Below are positions 25,701 to 37,982 of a stretch of DNA of 64,000 nt, in pieces; positions within the stretch are counted from its first letter, which is position 1; every line of letters begins with the position of its first letter. A model generated the notes under the pieces. The model was not told the origin of the DNA, ran no database searches, and saw nothing but the letters and a program-made list of their open reading frames with translations. Source of the stretch: Moniliella sp. 'wahieum' (lineage: Eukaryota); assembly GCA_003971905.1 (NCBI GenBank), contig RSEE01000027.1:186001-250000 (forward strand). The letters are read 5' to 3'. The position numbers and the translations under genes are program-made.

Positions 25701-26289
25701 TAGTGATGCGCGATGCTCAGTCCTGCCCGCCCGAGACGGAAACCTGTACGGGCCTTGCAGCGTCTGATGGCCATCAGCGATGCCGCCTCGGCGCCTGACA
25801 TGGTACCCAGCAGTCTACTCCTTGCTGCTGTGACCGAGGTGGTGGTAGTGCGGTGGCGGTGGCCAAACGGGTGGGCGTACGGTCGGGCGCGGACACAGCT
25901 GAGTCCAAGGACTCCGCCCGCTCCACATCCCCGCCTCGCAGCCCCGACGCCGCAACGTTTCTCTCACCTTGGCAATGGGGGAACCGCGACGACGAAGAGC
26001 AAGTTTGCCCTACAAGACCAAGATGGTGGACTTGCCACCGCCGCCAGTACCCTCGCTTCCTTCCCACTCTACCCCGCAGTCGTCCCAGGCGGTGGCGCCT
26101 CGTCTCCTGCCGCTGCCGGGCCTGCTCGCTGGCCTCGCGCGTGGCCGACCAAGCTCCCGGCGCACAGTCTCTGCCGTGCGCTTCCCTACCCGCGAAGGCG
26201 GGCAGGAGGAACAACGGGTACCGGAAAGTGTGGTGAGCGAGTACGACACGCCTGCGCAACCCCCCTCGGTGGGTCCACGGGGTCGGTAA
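22799..26289 (+). CDS. SPA2: Spa2 polarisome scaffold (GIT/SHD1 repeats, coiled coil, C-terminal domain); intron 23177-23229
   Basis: Stitched: [66 protein letters not shown], the double SHD1 repeat. A long E/Q-rich coiled coil spans 24340-25440. Intron GTATGT..GCTGAC..CAG. Confidence 0.85.
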
Positions 26290-26944
26290 CCGAATTCTTT
26301 GCCTCGGCCTCCGAGGGCATCTTGTCCTCCTTCTCCTTGGGCACCATCGCCACTTTGCCTTCGCACCCTTCGCTCGCGCACGATGCGTCCCCCCACCCCG
26401 CCACCGACGCGTCCTATCCCCATCCCATCCCATCCCCATTCCCATTCCGAGTCCGAGCCCGAGTCCGAGGCAGAGCAGATCCGGTGCGCAAACGGCCCCT
26501 GCACCGGCCTGTGCCCCCGGCTGCGCTCGACCCTCCCGCGCCCGCACAAATACACCAGACCCACGCGCCTCCGTCCCCGCTGTTGCCGGCGAGGAAGCGG
26601 ACCGGACCATGGTGCATTTGCCGGACGACTGGGACTCGGGAGCGACTACGGCGAGGACTAAACGCTTGCTACTGGAAGGGCAAGGTGGGAGCGTGACATG
26701 ACCATGCCGTGTCCGAGAGGGGGTACCGGGGACCGGGTACCGGTTCTGGGGAGAGGAAAGAGAAGGTGTATTTACTTTGGCTTGCTGGTGCGGTTGCAGG
26801 CAGCTTTTCGAGTGGGAGGGTACTATCGTTACGGTTTCCACGCTTTGTACGAACTACGTTGGCCATCACGATCGTTGTTATCTTTGGTTGGAATCAGCGG
26901 TGTGGAGCGGAGGGGGAGCTAAGATCAATCAAAGGTAGGGGAAG

Positions 26945-27445
26945 GGAAGTGGAGGCGAGGTGAGGCGAGGCGAGGCGAGAGGCGAGGGGTTAGAGCCTGA
27001 GGCCTGAGGGGGGAACGGAACGTATGCGCGGGTCTACAGAAGGGAGCAAAACACAAAGGGAATAGTAAATCCATGAACGTTGAACTGAACGTTGAACAGG
27101 CACAGGTGATCATCAGCACAGTTGAAAAAGGGGGGAAAGAAACAAGTAGTAGGGCCGGGCCGTAGCAAAGGCAATAAAAACAACAGGAATTTGAGCTTCC
27201 CGAGGCGCAGGAAAAAGTCACCTCCCTGAAATGGAAATGGAAGTGGAAATCGAAATCGAAATGGAAATCGAGCAAGGTCGAGAGGCGAGGCAAACAGCAA
27301 AGGCCAGGCAGAAGAGGGGAAGGTAGAGCAAGGCAAGTAGAGCGCGGTAACCGGTAATCCAACGAGTCAAAACAGTCACAAGGAGAACAAGGAGATGCAG
27401 AAGAAAGAACACAGATGCAAGGGCGGAAGCGGAAGCGGAAGCGAA
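26945..27445. repeat. Purine-rich microsatellite tracts (GAGGC)n, (GAAAT[G/C])n, (GCGGAA)n between convergent 3' ends
   Basis: Tracts seen at about 26952-26985, 27228-27270 and 27423-27442. Confidence 0.7.
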
Positions 27446-27785
27446 GGCAAGCCTGGAGGAAGAGAAGGGTGCAAGCCAGGAAAGAGCAAGTCACGGTCCG
27501 ATGGGAAACTTGGAGGAAGGATGAAGAAGACGCCGTCCACGAGGAAAGGAGTGTTGATAGGTCCGATGCGCCCCGAGGCGGGAGTGGGTAAGTCGGCCAA
27601 GGGGCAGCCAGCCGAGGTGGACGTGGAGCGATGGAAAAGAGCACGAAAATGTGTAGAAGATAGCACAAAAGTAGGGCCCACACGCAAAAAAAACACGGGG
27701 GGTCTTGCACACAAACAGGGTTTTTTTTTCGAAAAAAAAGTGGGGCGTCAAGGGCAAATGTACATGGGCGAGCCAGGGTTGGACG

Positions 27786-28813
27786 TTAAGCGGGCGAAAC
27801 AGAACGAGGGGAGGATGTGGATGTTAGGCTAGCCGAGCTGGCCGAGCTAGCCGAGCTGGAGAGCAGGGGTGGAAGGTCCTCTTCCTCTTCCGCCTCGGTG
27901 CGAGACAATGGGTGGCGCAGCAAAGTCAAGACCCCTGTGAGCAGCGGTAAATGGCCGCCCAAATCGGGGAGACTGTATGCCACTTGTTCGACTTCGTCCA
28001 GGAACAACTGCCATTCCTCAGGTTGGGGGAGGAGATCGTACTGCAGTACTTGGAGTGCAGTGCGTTCCAGCCGCGCCAGCTCCATCTTCATCCCCACTTC
28101 TTCCCACGTCTTGGTGTGGAAAGGATGGTCTTCCAGGACTTTGTTGGCTAATGCCAAGCCCACCAGGAAGAGCCGGTAGGGAGTCATACCAGGCGCAAGG
28201 AACAGCGAGGCAAATTCGTCATGGCAGAAGGCGGGGCGGGTCGGTGTCGTCGGCAGAAGGGTGGGCGAGATCGGTGTCGTCGGCAGAAGGGTGGGCGAGA
28301 AGATGAAGGAGCTTTACGCGCCGTAGAAGAGGGCGAGGAAAAGGGTATTTGGGGTGACGGCAGGCTGGGCCAGCACCTTGGCGACAAACGAAGTGAAGTG
28401 TTGGTGGGCAGCTGCTTGGCCTTGGTTGTGAATGTGGCCGAGCGCTACCGCAGGTGCAGGTGCCGAGGGGGCGGACAAGGTGGGTCACGCGCAGGCCTGA
28501 GCGAGGGGAAGGGGCGGGGGCACGTGGGCCACACGCCGACACAGGCCGAGGACCGGCGCTCCATCTGCTGGCTGAGGTGGAGGAAGAGGGCACTGGCAGG
28601 CCAGGCGAGGTGCTGTGTGGGCGAGGCGGTGGGGGCGGGACAGGGCCCAGGCCAGGCCAAGCATAGGCCGGGACGCAGGGGTAGGCGTACCCGGGGACAG
28701 GGTATGCGTAGGCTGGGCAGTATGGTACGCGGGATACCCGATGCCAGGGTAGGCGGGGTAGCCTTGGTAGCCCACGGGGCCTGGGTAGGAGGGTAGTAGT
28801 AACCCACGCTCAT
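27786..28813 (-). CDS. Pho85-type cyclin-like protein (Clg1/Pho80-like)
   Basis: FTSFVAKVLAQPAVTPNTLFLALFY and PYRLFLVGLALANKVLEDHPFHTKTWEEVGMKMELARLERTALQVLQYDL match the cyclin-box pattern LANKxLxD..TW..E..L. Confidence 0.75.
28241..28300. repeat. 30-bp perfect tandem duplication inside the cyclin gene (LAHPSADDTD x2)
   Basis: TCGGTGTCGTCGGCAGAAGGGTGGGCGAGA at 28241-28270 and 28271-28300. Confidence 0.9.
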
Positions 28814-29800
28814 GCCGCGCTTGGCGATGGCGGTGGCGAAGGCAATGCTGGGCAGAGCAGCAGCAGCACTGCCGGGGGAGGGGAGGGGGGGGGGGGGGGA
28901 GGGGAGGGGAGGAAGGAAGGGTGGAGGTGGTGGAGGAAGAGGAGGTGGTGGTGGTGGGGGCGGTGGAGGCGGCGGTGGTGGTGGCAACTGCGCGTCGACA
29001 CGTCATGCGTCGTGCCAGGAGGAAAAAAAACGCCGAGGCGCACGCGGGCGCACTGGGGCGCTGCGTCGTCAAACAGGGGGCGTGGGGAGCAGAGGCGCGC
29101 AGTCATAGTCACGCGTCACCGCACCTGCAGCCCAACAGGCGCCGTGCCTGGCGCAGCGCACTCGCCCCGTTCGCTGCGGCATGTGTGGCAGGCACGCGCC
29201 CACTGCCCCCCTGCCGCCGCGTGGGCGACATGTGGCATGGATGACCGATGACTGCTGACGCCGCTGCGCTGCCGAACGTCGGCCGCCGCAGACGGAACGG
29301 ATGGCCGCCCCAACGTTCGCCAACCAACGATGCGTTGCGCGAAGCATGGTGCTGACGTGTCACAGGACATGCAACCAGCCGACACGCCTGGCCTCTCCAG
29401 CGCCCCTTCGGCCGGCTTCCCGTTGGGATTGGCATTGAAAGCCTCGCGCTTCTTCAAGCCCAGTTGTCGCGTGACGCGCGATCACTCCCCACCTGCTCAC
29501 TCTCCAGACGGGCCCGTGACGCTGCTATACCCCTCACATGCATCACATGTCACAATGCCTTCTGTCACATATCACACGTGTCGCACCCCAAGCTCCAAGA
29601 GCCAGTTTCAAATGTAAGCGAGCTCTTTCAAGATTCTGTGGCTCCGCGCCTCCGTTCCGTTCAACGCTTCTTGTTGAACTCAACTTCAATCGTTAGCTTT
29701 CGTCCCTCCAAGCTTCAAGCTTGGCCTCGGGCTTGAGGTTGCCATACACCACGAGCAAATACAGCCCTCGTGCGAGCACCTCGGATATGCTAGCTGTAGA

Positions 29801-31574
29801 AGACCAGAGAGCAGCAGTTGATGGTGATTGCATTGCACATGAGCCAGAAGCTAGAGAATCTTTCCGCCCTCCAGGAGGGAATATTCAACGAATGAACCCA
29901 AGGTCAACCGAGACACGCACATTGCCGACGTGTTGCACAGCACATGCTCACCATTTGCCAGCTCCACCTTTTTCCGCGGGGTGGCACGTTCTCCACTGGC
30001 CAGCCGAGGGGGCCAAACGGGGATCCGCTCCCGAGCCCAGAAGCATTGGCGGTAGAGATCCAGGGGTGGGCTGCGGGCAGCCCCGCGTTCCTGTTAGTTC
30101 GCAGGCGACACCGGCTCCGCGCGAGGGGAAGTAGATGCAGTAGGAGCGTGGTTGCGCGGGAGTAATCTTGCCACCGCCATTGCCACGACCTGTGCGGAGC
30201 GTAGTGTGGTAATTTTGGTTGGATGCGACATGGACGAGCCTCCTTTGCGGCACCTGCCGGATTATGACCAGAGCCACCGCACTTGCCGCACGTGAGTGCA
30301 GGCACTTCGCGCACGCGATCCCGAAGAGCACCTCTATTGAGATCAGAAAGCGGTCTGGGAACGTGACACCACCGAGGTTCTCGTGACCGAGTCCACTGAG
30401 GTACAGGTAGTCCCACATCTGTCCGCAGCTCCGCGTTGAAGCAAATAGTGAAGCGCTCGCGCCATGCATCAAACTGGCGCGTGTATTCAGCCACTGCAGT
30501 AGCGGCGGCGGGGGAGGATCGGTCATCGCATAACGGAGGGAATCGGTGCGACGCCGCCGCGAGGAAACGTATTGCCATATGTCGGAAGCACGCCGGGTTC
30601 CGGGAACTGCGTTCAATGTCAGCTCGGGGAGCCGGGCTTGGCGTGAGAGATGAACGACAAAAGCACATCGCCCATAGCAACATCCATGGCTGCGTTGTAG
30701 TCAGCGTGTTGAGTCGCGTTCGACTCCAACAGACATGACGCCTTCCCTTCAAGTGGTTCCGATTCGAGATCCATGTACGCGAACACATCTTTGACAAACT
30801 GGGCCCACGGCGATAGGCTGCCGCCTTGTTCGTCAAGGCAATCTGCGCCACCCTAGGTGGCCCGCCATTGATTCCAATGGCACTTTCAGCGACAGTTCCC
30901 CACGTTTTCGTCGGAGCAACGGGTTGCGGTGTAGTGGCCGCAGTAAGACTGCACGCTTCGGCAGAGGATGTAGTAGCGTTCAGAGCCGCCTAGTAGATCA
31001 TTCCATGCCTGGGAGGAGCGCTTGGGCACACGCATCCCTCCAGGAACCCCACCTGTCGGATGGCGACGATAATGAGATCGACTTGTCCAGTCCCCCACAA
31101 GGGTGGAGTACTTGTCGTAGGTGTCACCTTAGCGGCGACGCCGGCCGAGTCTTGCCCCAGCTGGGGGGCGGCTGAATCACCATCATGAATTGTGGACGCA
31201 TCGTCCAATTCATCATGGGCCCCCGCAGAGGCCTGGATGCCCAAAATCGGAGCAGGGACGTCGTGACGCCCATGTTCGGTGAGTTGACCGAGAAGTGTGG
31301 TACCGCTTACAGCAGCACTCGACATAACTGCCCAGGATTCTGGTCGGATCCCATCGTGCTTGGCAGGACGACGGGGTGGTGAGAAGCAGTAGTTTTCTGA
31401 CTACTCCGCTGGACTTTGTGCAGGGTAGTGACCATACACGAGGCTCAGGCACAAAAAACGGGCCCGATAACCTGGAGAGACCAGAGAGGCAGTTGGTGGT
31501 GTGTTGCTTGCACATAGCTACAGAAGCTAGAGAATCTTTCCGCCCTCCAGGACGGAATATTGCAACGAATGAAC
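29801..31574 (-). mobile_element. Probable degenerate transposon relic: ~97-bp imperfect direct repeats flanking a decayed ORF with a CCHC zinc knuckle
   Basis: Repeats at 29801-29897 and 31478-31574 share an identical 32-bp core, CAGAAGCTAGAGAATCTTTCCGCCCTCCAGGA. The minus strand at about 30250-30290 reads CGKCGGSGHN then xGRC after one indel (CX2CX4HX4C). No RT, integrase or DDE motif was seen. Confidence 0.45.
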
Positions 31575-32096
31575 GTGAACCCGAAAGTTCCGGGCTTGGG
31601 CCACCCCGGGGCCAGTCACCGTGTGGCGTCACAGTGTGATAAGATCTAAAAAGATGACCCATATCGATGACCACCGCGCATCATCTCCATCATCTGCACA
31701 TCATCCAAGCCCAACGCCCATACAGAAGAGGCACATGCGTAGCCTACAAAACAGGCAGCCAGCCCATTAAGCCCCAGTGTATGGATCACTCCAGATTCCA
31801 CTGATGATCGGCGCGATCAGCGCGACCTTTGATCATTTGATCGCATGCGCGTTTATAGTCCAACCAGTGTCCAGCGCCCAGCCATCATCATGTGCGTCCT
31901 GCTTCGCCCCGCCCTCTTCCTCCATTTTCCCCTGTCATAGTCGTAATCAGTCAGCTAGCTCCCTTGTGGCGTGCGATCAACACGGTCAATCCCACACGCC
32001 ACTCCCTCTGCACACTTTCGGTTCCCATGTAAGCAGACACGTCCATAACTCGCGTCCGCCCTACCCATTCATCCCAGGGGGGCAATGCATTCCCTC

Positions 32097-33175
32097 TCAC
32101 GCCTTTTTGTCGTGTTCTTGTTGATCCTGCATGCTCATCGCAATGGCCTTGGAGATAGCCTCGTCCTCGTCCATCTCCTCGTCTCTCCATCCTTGGCTTC
32201 GGGCATTGCTGCATCCTCTTCGCCATCTTGGATAGCGCCAGCGCCTTTTGCAACATCGCTTCCTCATCCTCTCGTCTCTCCTCTTCCTCCACCAGCGCTG
32301 CTGTGGTGGTGGACCCGGCGTCTGTTCCCGCCCTGCCAAGCTGGACTGCTGGCTCAGCCTGGGCTGCAGCCCGCAGCCGCGCCTCCTCCTCCTCGAGCGA
32401 CATGCGCAAAGCCTGGTGAAATTGTTAGGAGTGCACTCATCCCTGGAATGGGGGGAGGACATACCATTGCAAGGTCCGGGTCATTAGCAAAGTCTACCTC
32501 TCCAAACGCCGTGCCGCCGCATCGTTGGAACCAAACTCTTCAGCCAAGATGGGGGAGGAGCGGAGCACATCCGATACAGCGACCCTGTACCAGAGGGGAT
32601 GGAGATGTAGTGTGACGACTCTGATGCGTTGACCGCCTCGACAAACGCAGCCAACTTGCTCTCGTTCGCCTCTACCTCCCCCACTGATACCACATCCACC
32701 GCCACATTGTTCTTCTTTAGCTTTTTGCCCAGCCGGACCAACTGCTCTTGCGGCTCTGTCAGGGGAGACCCAACAAAGACAGGATCCGCTGACGTTGGTT
32801 CTTGTTTTCCCGGTGCTTAAGGGCCAGTTGAGCAATGTTGACGGCGGTACTAAAGTTGGTCGTGCCCTCGAGCTTGGCATCGTGCAGCCCCGCAAGAATT
32901 TGCCCAATGTCCTTCGTTCGTGTCACCAGCACCTCGGGGCTCGAGCCGGCCATGGTCATCACACCCACCTCGTTTTCGGGTTGGAGTTGACCTTGGCAAA
33001 GAAGACGACGCCAGCAGCGTCGGCTTGTGCCTCCCAGCGCGTCGGCTGGTAATCCCCATTCCGCATAAACTCGCTGTTGTCCACCCTGGCGACAGAGGAT
33101 CCCAAGCAGAGCGTCAGCACGCACCCACCCGGCAGGAAGCGGTACATACAACATCATCGTTGCTTCGAGCGGCAT
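32097..33175 (-). CDS. RPN10: 26S proteasome regulatory subunit Rpn10 (vWA + UIMs); introns 33086-33149 and 32413-32464
   Basis: MPLEATMML|VDNSEFMRNGDYQPTRWEAQ, AQLALKHRENKNQRQRI, LGKKLKKNNVAVDVVS, DPDLAM|ALRMSLEEE and EDEAISKAIAMSM. Both introns are GTATGT..CAG. Confidence 0.95.
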
Positions 33176-33415
33176 GTTGGCAAGCGTAGGCAGAGCCGTG
33201 GAGTCTGTCGGCGGTGTTGGGGAGTGGGGTCGTAGCAGCCACGCTGGCTGTTGTTGTACTTTGAGTGTGCGTGATTCATGGGTGCCATGGTCCCTAGCGC
33301 CAGGCCGAGTGACGCTGACGACGCGTGGGGGGGCTTACGTACGCGTCCCTTCCACCGCAATTCCGCCAGGCGGCCACCCAGGCGGGCGCTGCTCGGCCGA
33401 GCGCCCAGGCAGACG

Positions 33416-34516
33416 ATGGCAGCGGCGCCGCTGGCAACCGCATCCACGCCATCCCTCCTCGGCCGCCACCAGCACCCGTACCACCGCCACCGCGCCGGTC
33501 CCTGAGCCCGCCATGTCCTGTTCCCGCGGACGATCCGCGAGGTGTGGGCCGAGAACTTTGAGGCTGAGATGGAGCTGCTGCGGCACGTGATTGACCGCTA
33601 CCCATACGTTGCAATGGACACCGAGTTCCCCGGCATTGTCTCGCGCCCCATTGGCCGCTTCAAGGGCAGCTCCGACTACCACTACCAGACGTTGCGATGC
33701 AACGTGGACCTGCTCAAGATCATCCAGCTCGGCCTGACCGTCTGTGACGAGGACGGCAACGAACCGCCGCCGAACGAGCCTAGCATTTGGCAATTCAACT
33801 TCCGCTTCAGCGCAGGCCAAGATATGTGTGCTCCCGATTCGCTCGATATTTTACACAATGCCGGGCTCAATTTTGAGCGGCACGCCACCTCTGGCATTGA
33901 CCCTACCATTTCGGCGAGCTGCTGATCACCTCGGGCTTAGTCCTATTTGACAATGTCAGATGGGTTTCCTTCCACAGGTACGTTGTATTCCCCTCGATTC
34001 TGGCAAGAGAGGAAACGCTAATCAAGCCACTCCTGCTAACAGTGGGTACGACTTTGGCTACCTGCTCAAGGTGGTCACTAATGCGCCACTCCCTTTGACC
34101 GAGGCTGCGTTTTTCGATGCGCTCAAGCTCTGGTTCCCAAAGATTTACGACATCAAGTACCTGATGCGGTACTGCGCAATCTCAAGGGCGGGTTGCAGGA
34201 CCTCGCTGACGAGTTGCAAGTCCAACGAGTCGGGCGGCAACATCAAGCTGGAAGCGATGCCCAGTTGACCGGAAGTGCCTTTTTCCGTTTGCGCGCCCAG
34301 TACTTTCATGGCGTGATTGACGACAGCAAACTCGGCTGTCTCTATGGCTTTTCGGCAAGTAACGGGCCCGAGGCGGTGCGTGGATACACGCAAGCCCAGG
34401 CCCAAGCGATGGCCCAAACGCCGCAATCCTTCAACTTTATCTCCGCTGCCGCCCAAAGAGGGAAGGTGACCATTTCTTCCCCCAGCCCGCCCCCCCGAGG
34501 GCAAACAGGTGTTTAG
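33416..34516 (+). CDS. CAF1: CCR4-NOT deadenylase subunit Caf1/Pop2 (CNOT7); intron 33978-34042
   Basis: EVWAENFEAEMELLR..YVAMDTEFPGIVSRPIG..YHYQTLRCNVDLLKIIQLG, WVSFH|SGYDFGYLLK, IYDIKYLM and HQAGSDAQLT (DEDD nuclease motifs). Confidence 0.95.
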
Positions 34517-35830
34517 CCACTAACCCCTTGTACTTCTACCCTCCCCACGAAGGTAACCGCCCTTGGCTGGTCGCCTGCACATACTGTACACTATGGAGCC
34601 AATCATTTGTGTCGACTCGATTTGCCAACATCCGTAGCCCAACATATGAAACTCTGGGTGCATCGTACATGTGACAGGTGACATCCAGGCTTGGGCCACG
34701 TACGTTGCAGTCTTCTTATTAGCCGCTTTGCGATCAATCCCCATGCGGTTGGAGTACTCTCTGTCCTTGGACTGCGATGCGATGTGATGCGCTTGACAAA
34801 GGCGCTGGTCAACGCAACGTCTGAAGTGAAGCGAACCGACATGAGAGTATCAGAGGAGATGCTGGGTGAAGAGAGCTCGTTTTGTCGGGCCCCAGAGGCA
34901 AAAATGATCTCGTGGGCTCGGCCTCGGCCGCATACGGAATGTCGGGTTAGATTGCATGGAGCCGCCGTAGCAGAACCAGACTCTCTCTCGTACTCTCGCT
35001 GCAACCTATATATATCCACCAATGAGGTCTACACCGGGGGACGAAACCATCTCCTTCCATCAAGTTCACCAACGACAGGAGATCAGCCAGCCCTTCATTA
35101 TGCCCCACAAAGACACAGGGGCTACCCATCGCAAACACGAATTGATGGGTGCCGAACCAAAGCCATGTCATGTCGAAAAAGCGCCCCCCCCCCACTGTGT
35201 ATCACAACAAGAGCGGAAATGGTGGGGGAGAGTACGGTACAGGTCACATGCAGGGATACGAACGGGGGAGAGGGCGGGATCTTCTGGGCAGCACAATTTC
35301 CAAACCCGCCATCAAAGTGGTCACGCAAAGCAAAAGAGGTACTGCGGTCCCAAAGCAAACGAAAGAGATACACGTCCAGCGAGCGAAACCGTGAAGGGCT
35401 GTTGTTATGGTCAATAGGAGCTTATTGACCCTGGGGGGACCAATGTCATGCCCCGCCAAAAGGAAAAAGGCGGTCTAGAAAAGTGCGATGGTATCACAAC
35501 GCAGGAAAGGATATGAGATCGGAGACTGTGAGCGGTGGACATGAGAAGTATAAAGTTGATGGTGTATGAGGAAGATCGGAGGGAGAGAGTTTGTTTTGAA
35601 GAGGGTTGAAGAGCGACAAAAAACGATACTGACTATATAGAGAGACGACAAAGGTGTGATACAGGTGTAGAGAGATCAACAGGGCTGAAACAAACGAGGG
35701 GTTATACTTGTATCGAACAAAAGCTTGCCCATCAGGCCGTCCACCCATTAGCATCCGTTTCAGTCGAACGACGAGGAGACGGTGTGAAGGACCCGGGTGG
35801 GTGCCAGGGACTTCAAACTGTATCCGCCTA

Positions 35831-37982
35831 CTACAGCTTCGTCCGCGTTGGAATCAGCGTTTTCGGTACCAAAGAGTTAGACGGGGGGAGGATGATTTCC
35901 CGTCCAGCTGGTGTTGTGGGGTAGTGTCCAACGCAGTTTCCCACTCCGGAGAAGCGACTTGGCTGTGTTGGTAGTCGTATCCTGGGCCGAACCTGTTCCC
36001 GAAGTGCGGGTGACAGAGAGGGGAAGAGGAGAAGGACGGAGGGTATTGACGGTTGACTGGACGGTAGACACGGACCAGACTTGTACCGCCCACCATTCGG
36101 GAGAGGGGGCTTGGTTGATGGGCAAGCGGTTGAGGAACGGCGGTGGCCCTTGGGAGCGTCTCCACCACTTCCCACGTGGAAGTGGAGGGACTGGTCAATA
36201 CCTCGGTCTTGGACCCATCCCCCGTGGAGGCACAGGGCTTTGTCGACATGGGAACCTGCATGTCGCCTGCAACGGCAGTGAAAAAAGAAACGGAGAAAGG
36301 GCATACTGTGCCGCTGTGCAACGGAACGATTTCCATTCTCACTACCGCAGCACTCTTTTCTCCGCTAGAGGGATGGCCATGCTGCCCAATCTGAACCGGG
36401 GGGGCATGTTTGGCACTCGAAGCAGCACCATAGTGCAACCCCAAGAGGGAATGAAGACGGTGTCGAGCAAGGTGGTGTGGCACTTGATGTCCGAATGATT
36501 GCCCCCTTCCACCGTTGACGACGCACGAGAGAAGGAGGTGAGAAATAAGAGGAGTGCTGGGGTGTGTTGAAATGCAAATCTGCTTCTTCCGCTACCGAAT
36601 CTGGTAGAGCCAAAGGCGAATGGACGTGCGCCTAAACCTCTCGTAGGCCTTTGTGGCCATTGTCCTCGTTGCAGTGGCTACAATGGTCGACCGACGCGAT
36701 CTTGTTCCAATCCGTCGGAGACGGCGGTGGTTCCCGCTCGGGCGTAGGATGGGAAGACAGTTGGGGGGTGAAACTGTTGGGCGGGCCGAGCAGTTGGTGC
36801 AGTAGAAGTGTTGTCCCCTGCCGAGCTCTCTGACACCAAACAGAGTAGAAGAAGGTTGGGCAGCTGTAGTGGTGGCCGTTGCCAAAACGCCTTCCGTGGC
36901 AAAAATAGAGGTATCGTCCCATGAGAGAAAGGAGAGCGGAGACTCCAATGATAGAGGTTGAGGGAGACGGGTGATGGCAGGATTCGATGGACTGGAAGGT
37001 AGGTGGTGCGCGTTACCGGTTACGGAATCAGGCCAAGGAGTGTGCGGAGAATGGCTGAGTAAAGTACTGGATGCCACCGACGGAGGAATATGAGCAGAGT
37101 CGGTCTCACAGCTGGAAGGAAGTTCCGGGGACAGGACCGGGTGATGAAGTTGTTGGAAGGCTTGGGTATGATGCTGTTAGCCGTGGTGAGGAAAGGGTAG
37201 TGTGTGGGCGAACGGAAGAGAGTGCGGCGGGTACGGAACGGGCATAGCGTTCCTGCTCCGCTTCGCCGCTGGCGTCTTGAGAAATGCATCAGCCGCAAGA
37301 CCCAAATCGACCGCATTAGAAGGGACGAGAAAAGGATGGCATAGGCGAGCAGCTCCGGCTCGTCAATACGAAGGTCATAGTCTAGAAGCAGAAAAACTGA
37401 CGTTCCATCAGATTGACATCCGTCTGGCTGAACAGTCCTCCGTACCTAACCCAGTATTTGTTTTTAAGCGACGAATCATTCAGTACTTGGCTGCCACAAT
37501 GACACCAGCCAAAAGATGCGGTGGTGGGTGCACAGTAAGCGCCGTGCCACAAGCGGTAGCCGGGACTTGAGCCGGTAAAGGTACACCATTGTGCACAACA
37601 GTGTCGGTAGCTGAATGTTGCTCTGTTGACCAACTTGGTAATAAACTGAAAGAGGGTAGGGAGAGGCCCTTTTCTGGTCGGTCTCCGGCCAGTTGGATTC
37701 CCAACGGTGTTGACTCTGAGGCGCGCTCGCTTTCGCCTCGATTTTGAGCGAGGGTGCGAGAGTCAATGATGGAGGGATCTCGTTGGCGATATGCTCTACG
37801 AAAGATGCGGAAAAGTAGGCGAGACATTGTAAGCGGACGGGAAGCTCTATGCATAGACCGAGAAAGAGGAAAGGACGGAGAGACGCACCGATAAAGTCAG
37901 GTCCAACGGGACGTTCCACAAGCTCCATCAGACGGGGGTCGTGAGTTGCGAGGGAGATGAGAGAGGCGGGATGACGTAGCAT
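35831..37982 (-). CDS. Pcl1/Pcl2-like Pho85 cyclin with long low-complexity tail (3' limit uncertain)
   Basis: MLRHPASLISLATHDPRLMELV, SNIQLPTLLCTMVYLYRLKSRLP, HRIF, VAAKYLNDSSLKNKYW..LFSQTDVNLMERQF and DYDLRIDE. Confidence 0.85.

Noticed and set aside
25835..25895. SH3-like [14 protein letters not shown] in SPA2
   Set aside because: No ALYDF or PxNY motifs. It probably arises from an off-frame reading of the Spa2 C-terminal helical domain.
27053..27061. ACAAAGGGA, resembling the Ustilago pheromone response element
   Set aside because: A single copy in a purine-rich region between convergent 3' ends. No pheromone, receptor or homeodomain genes were found, so there is no support for a mating-type locus.
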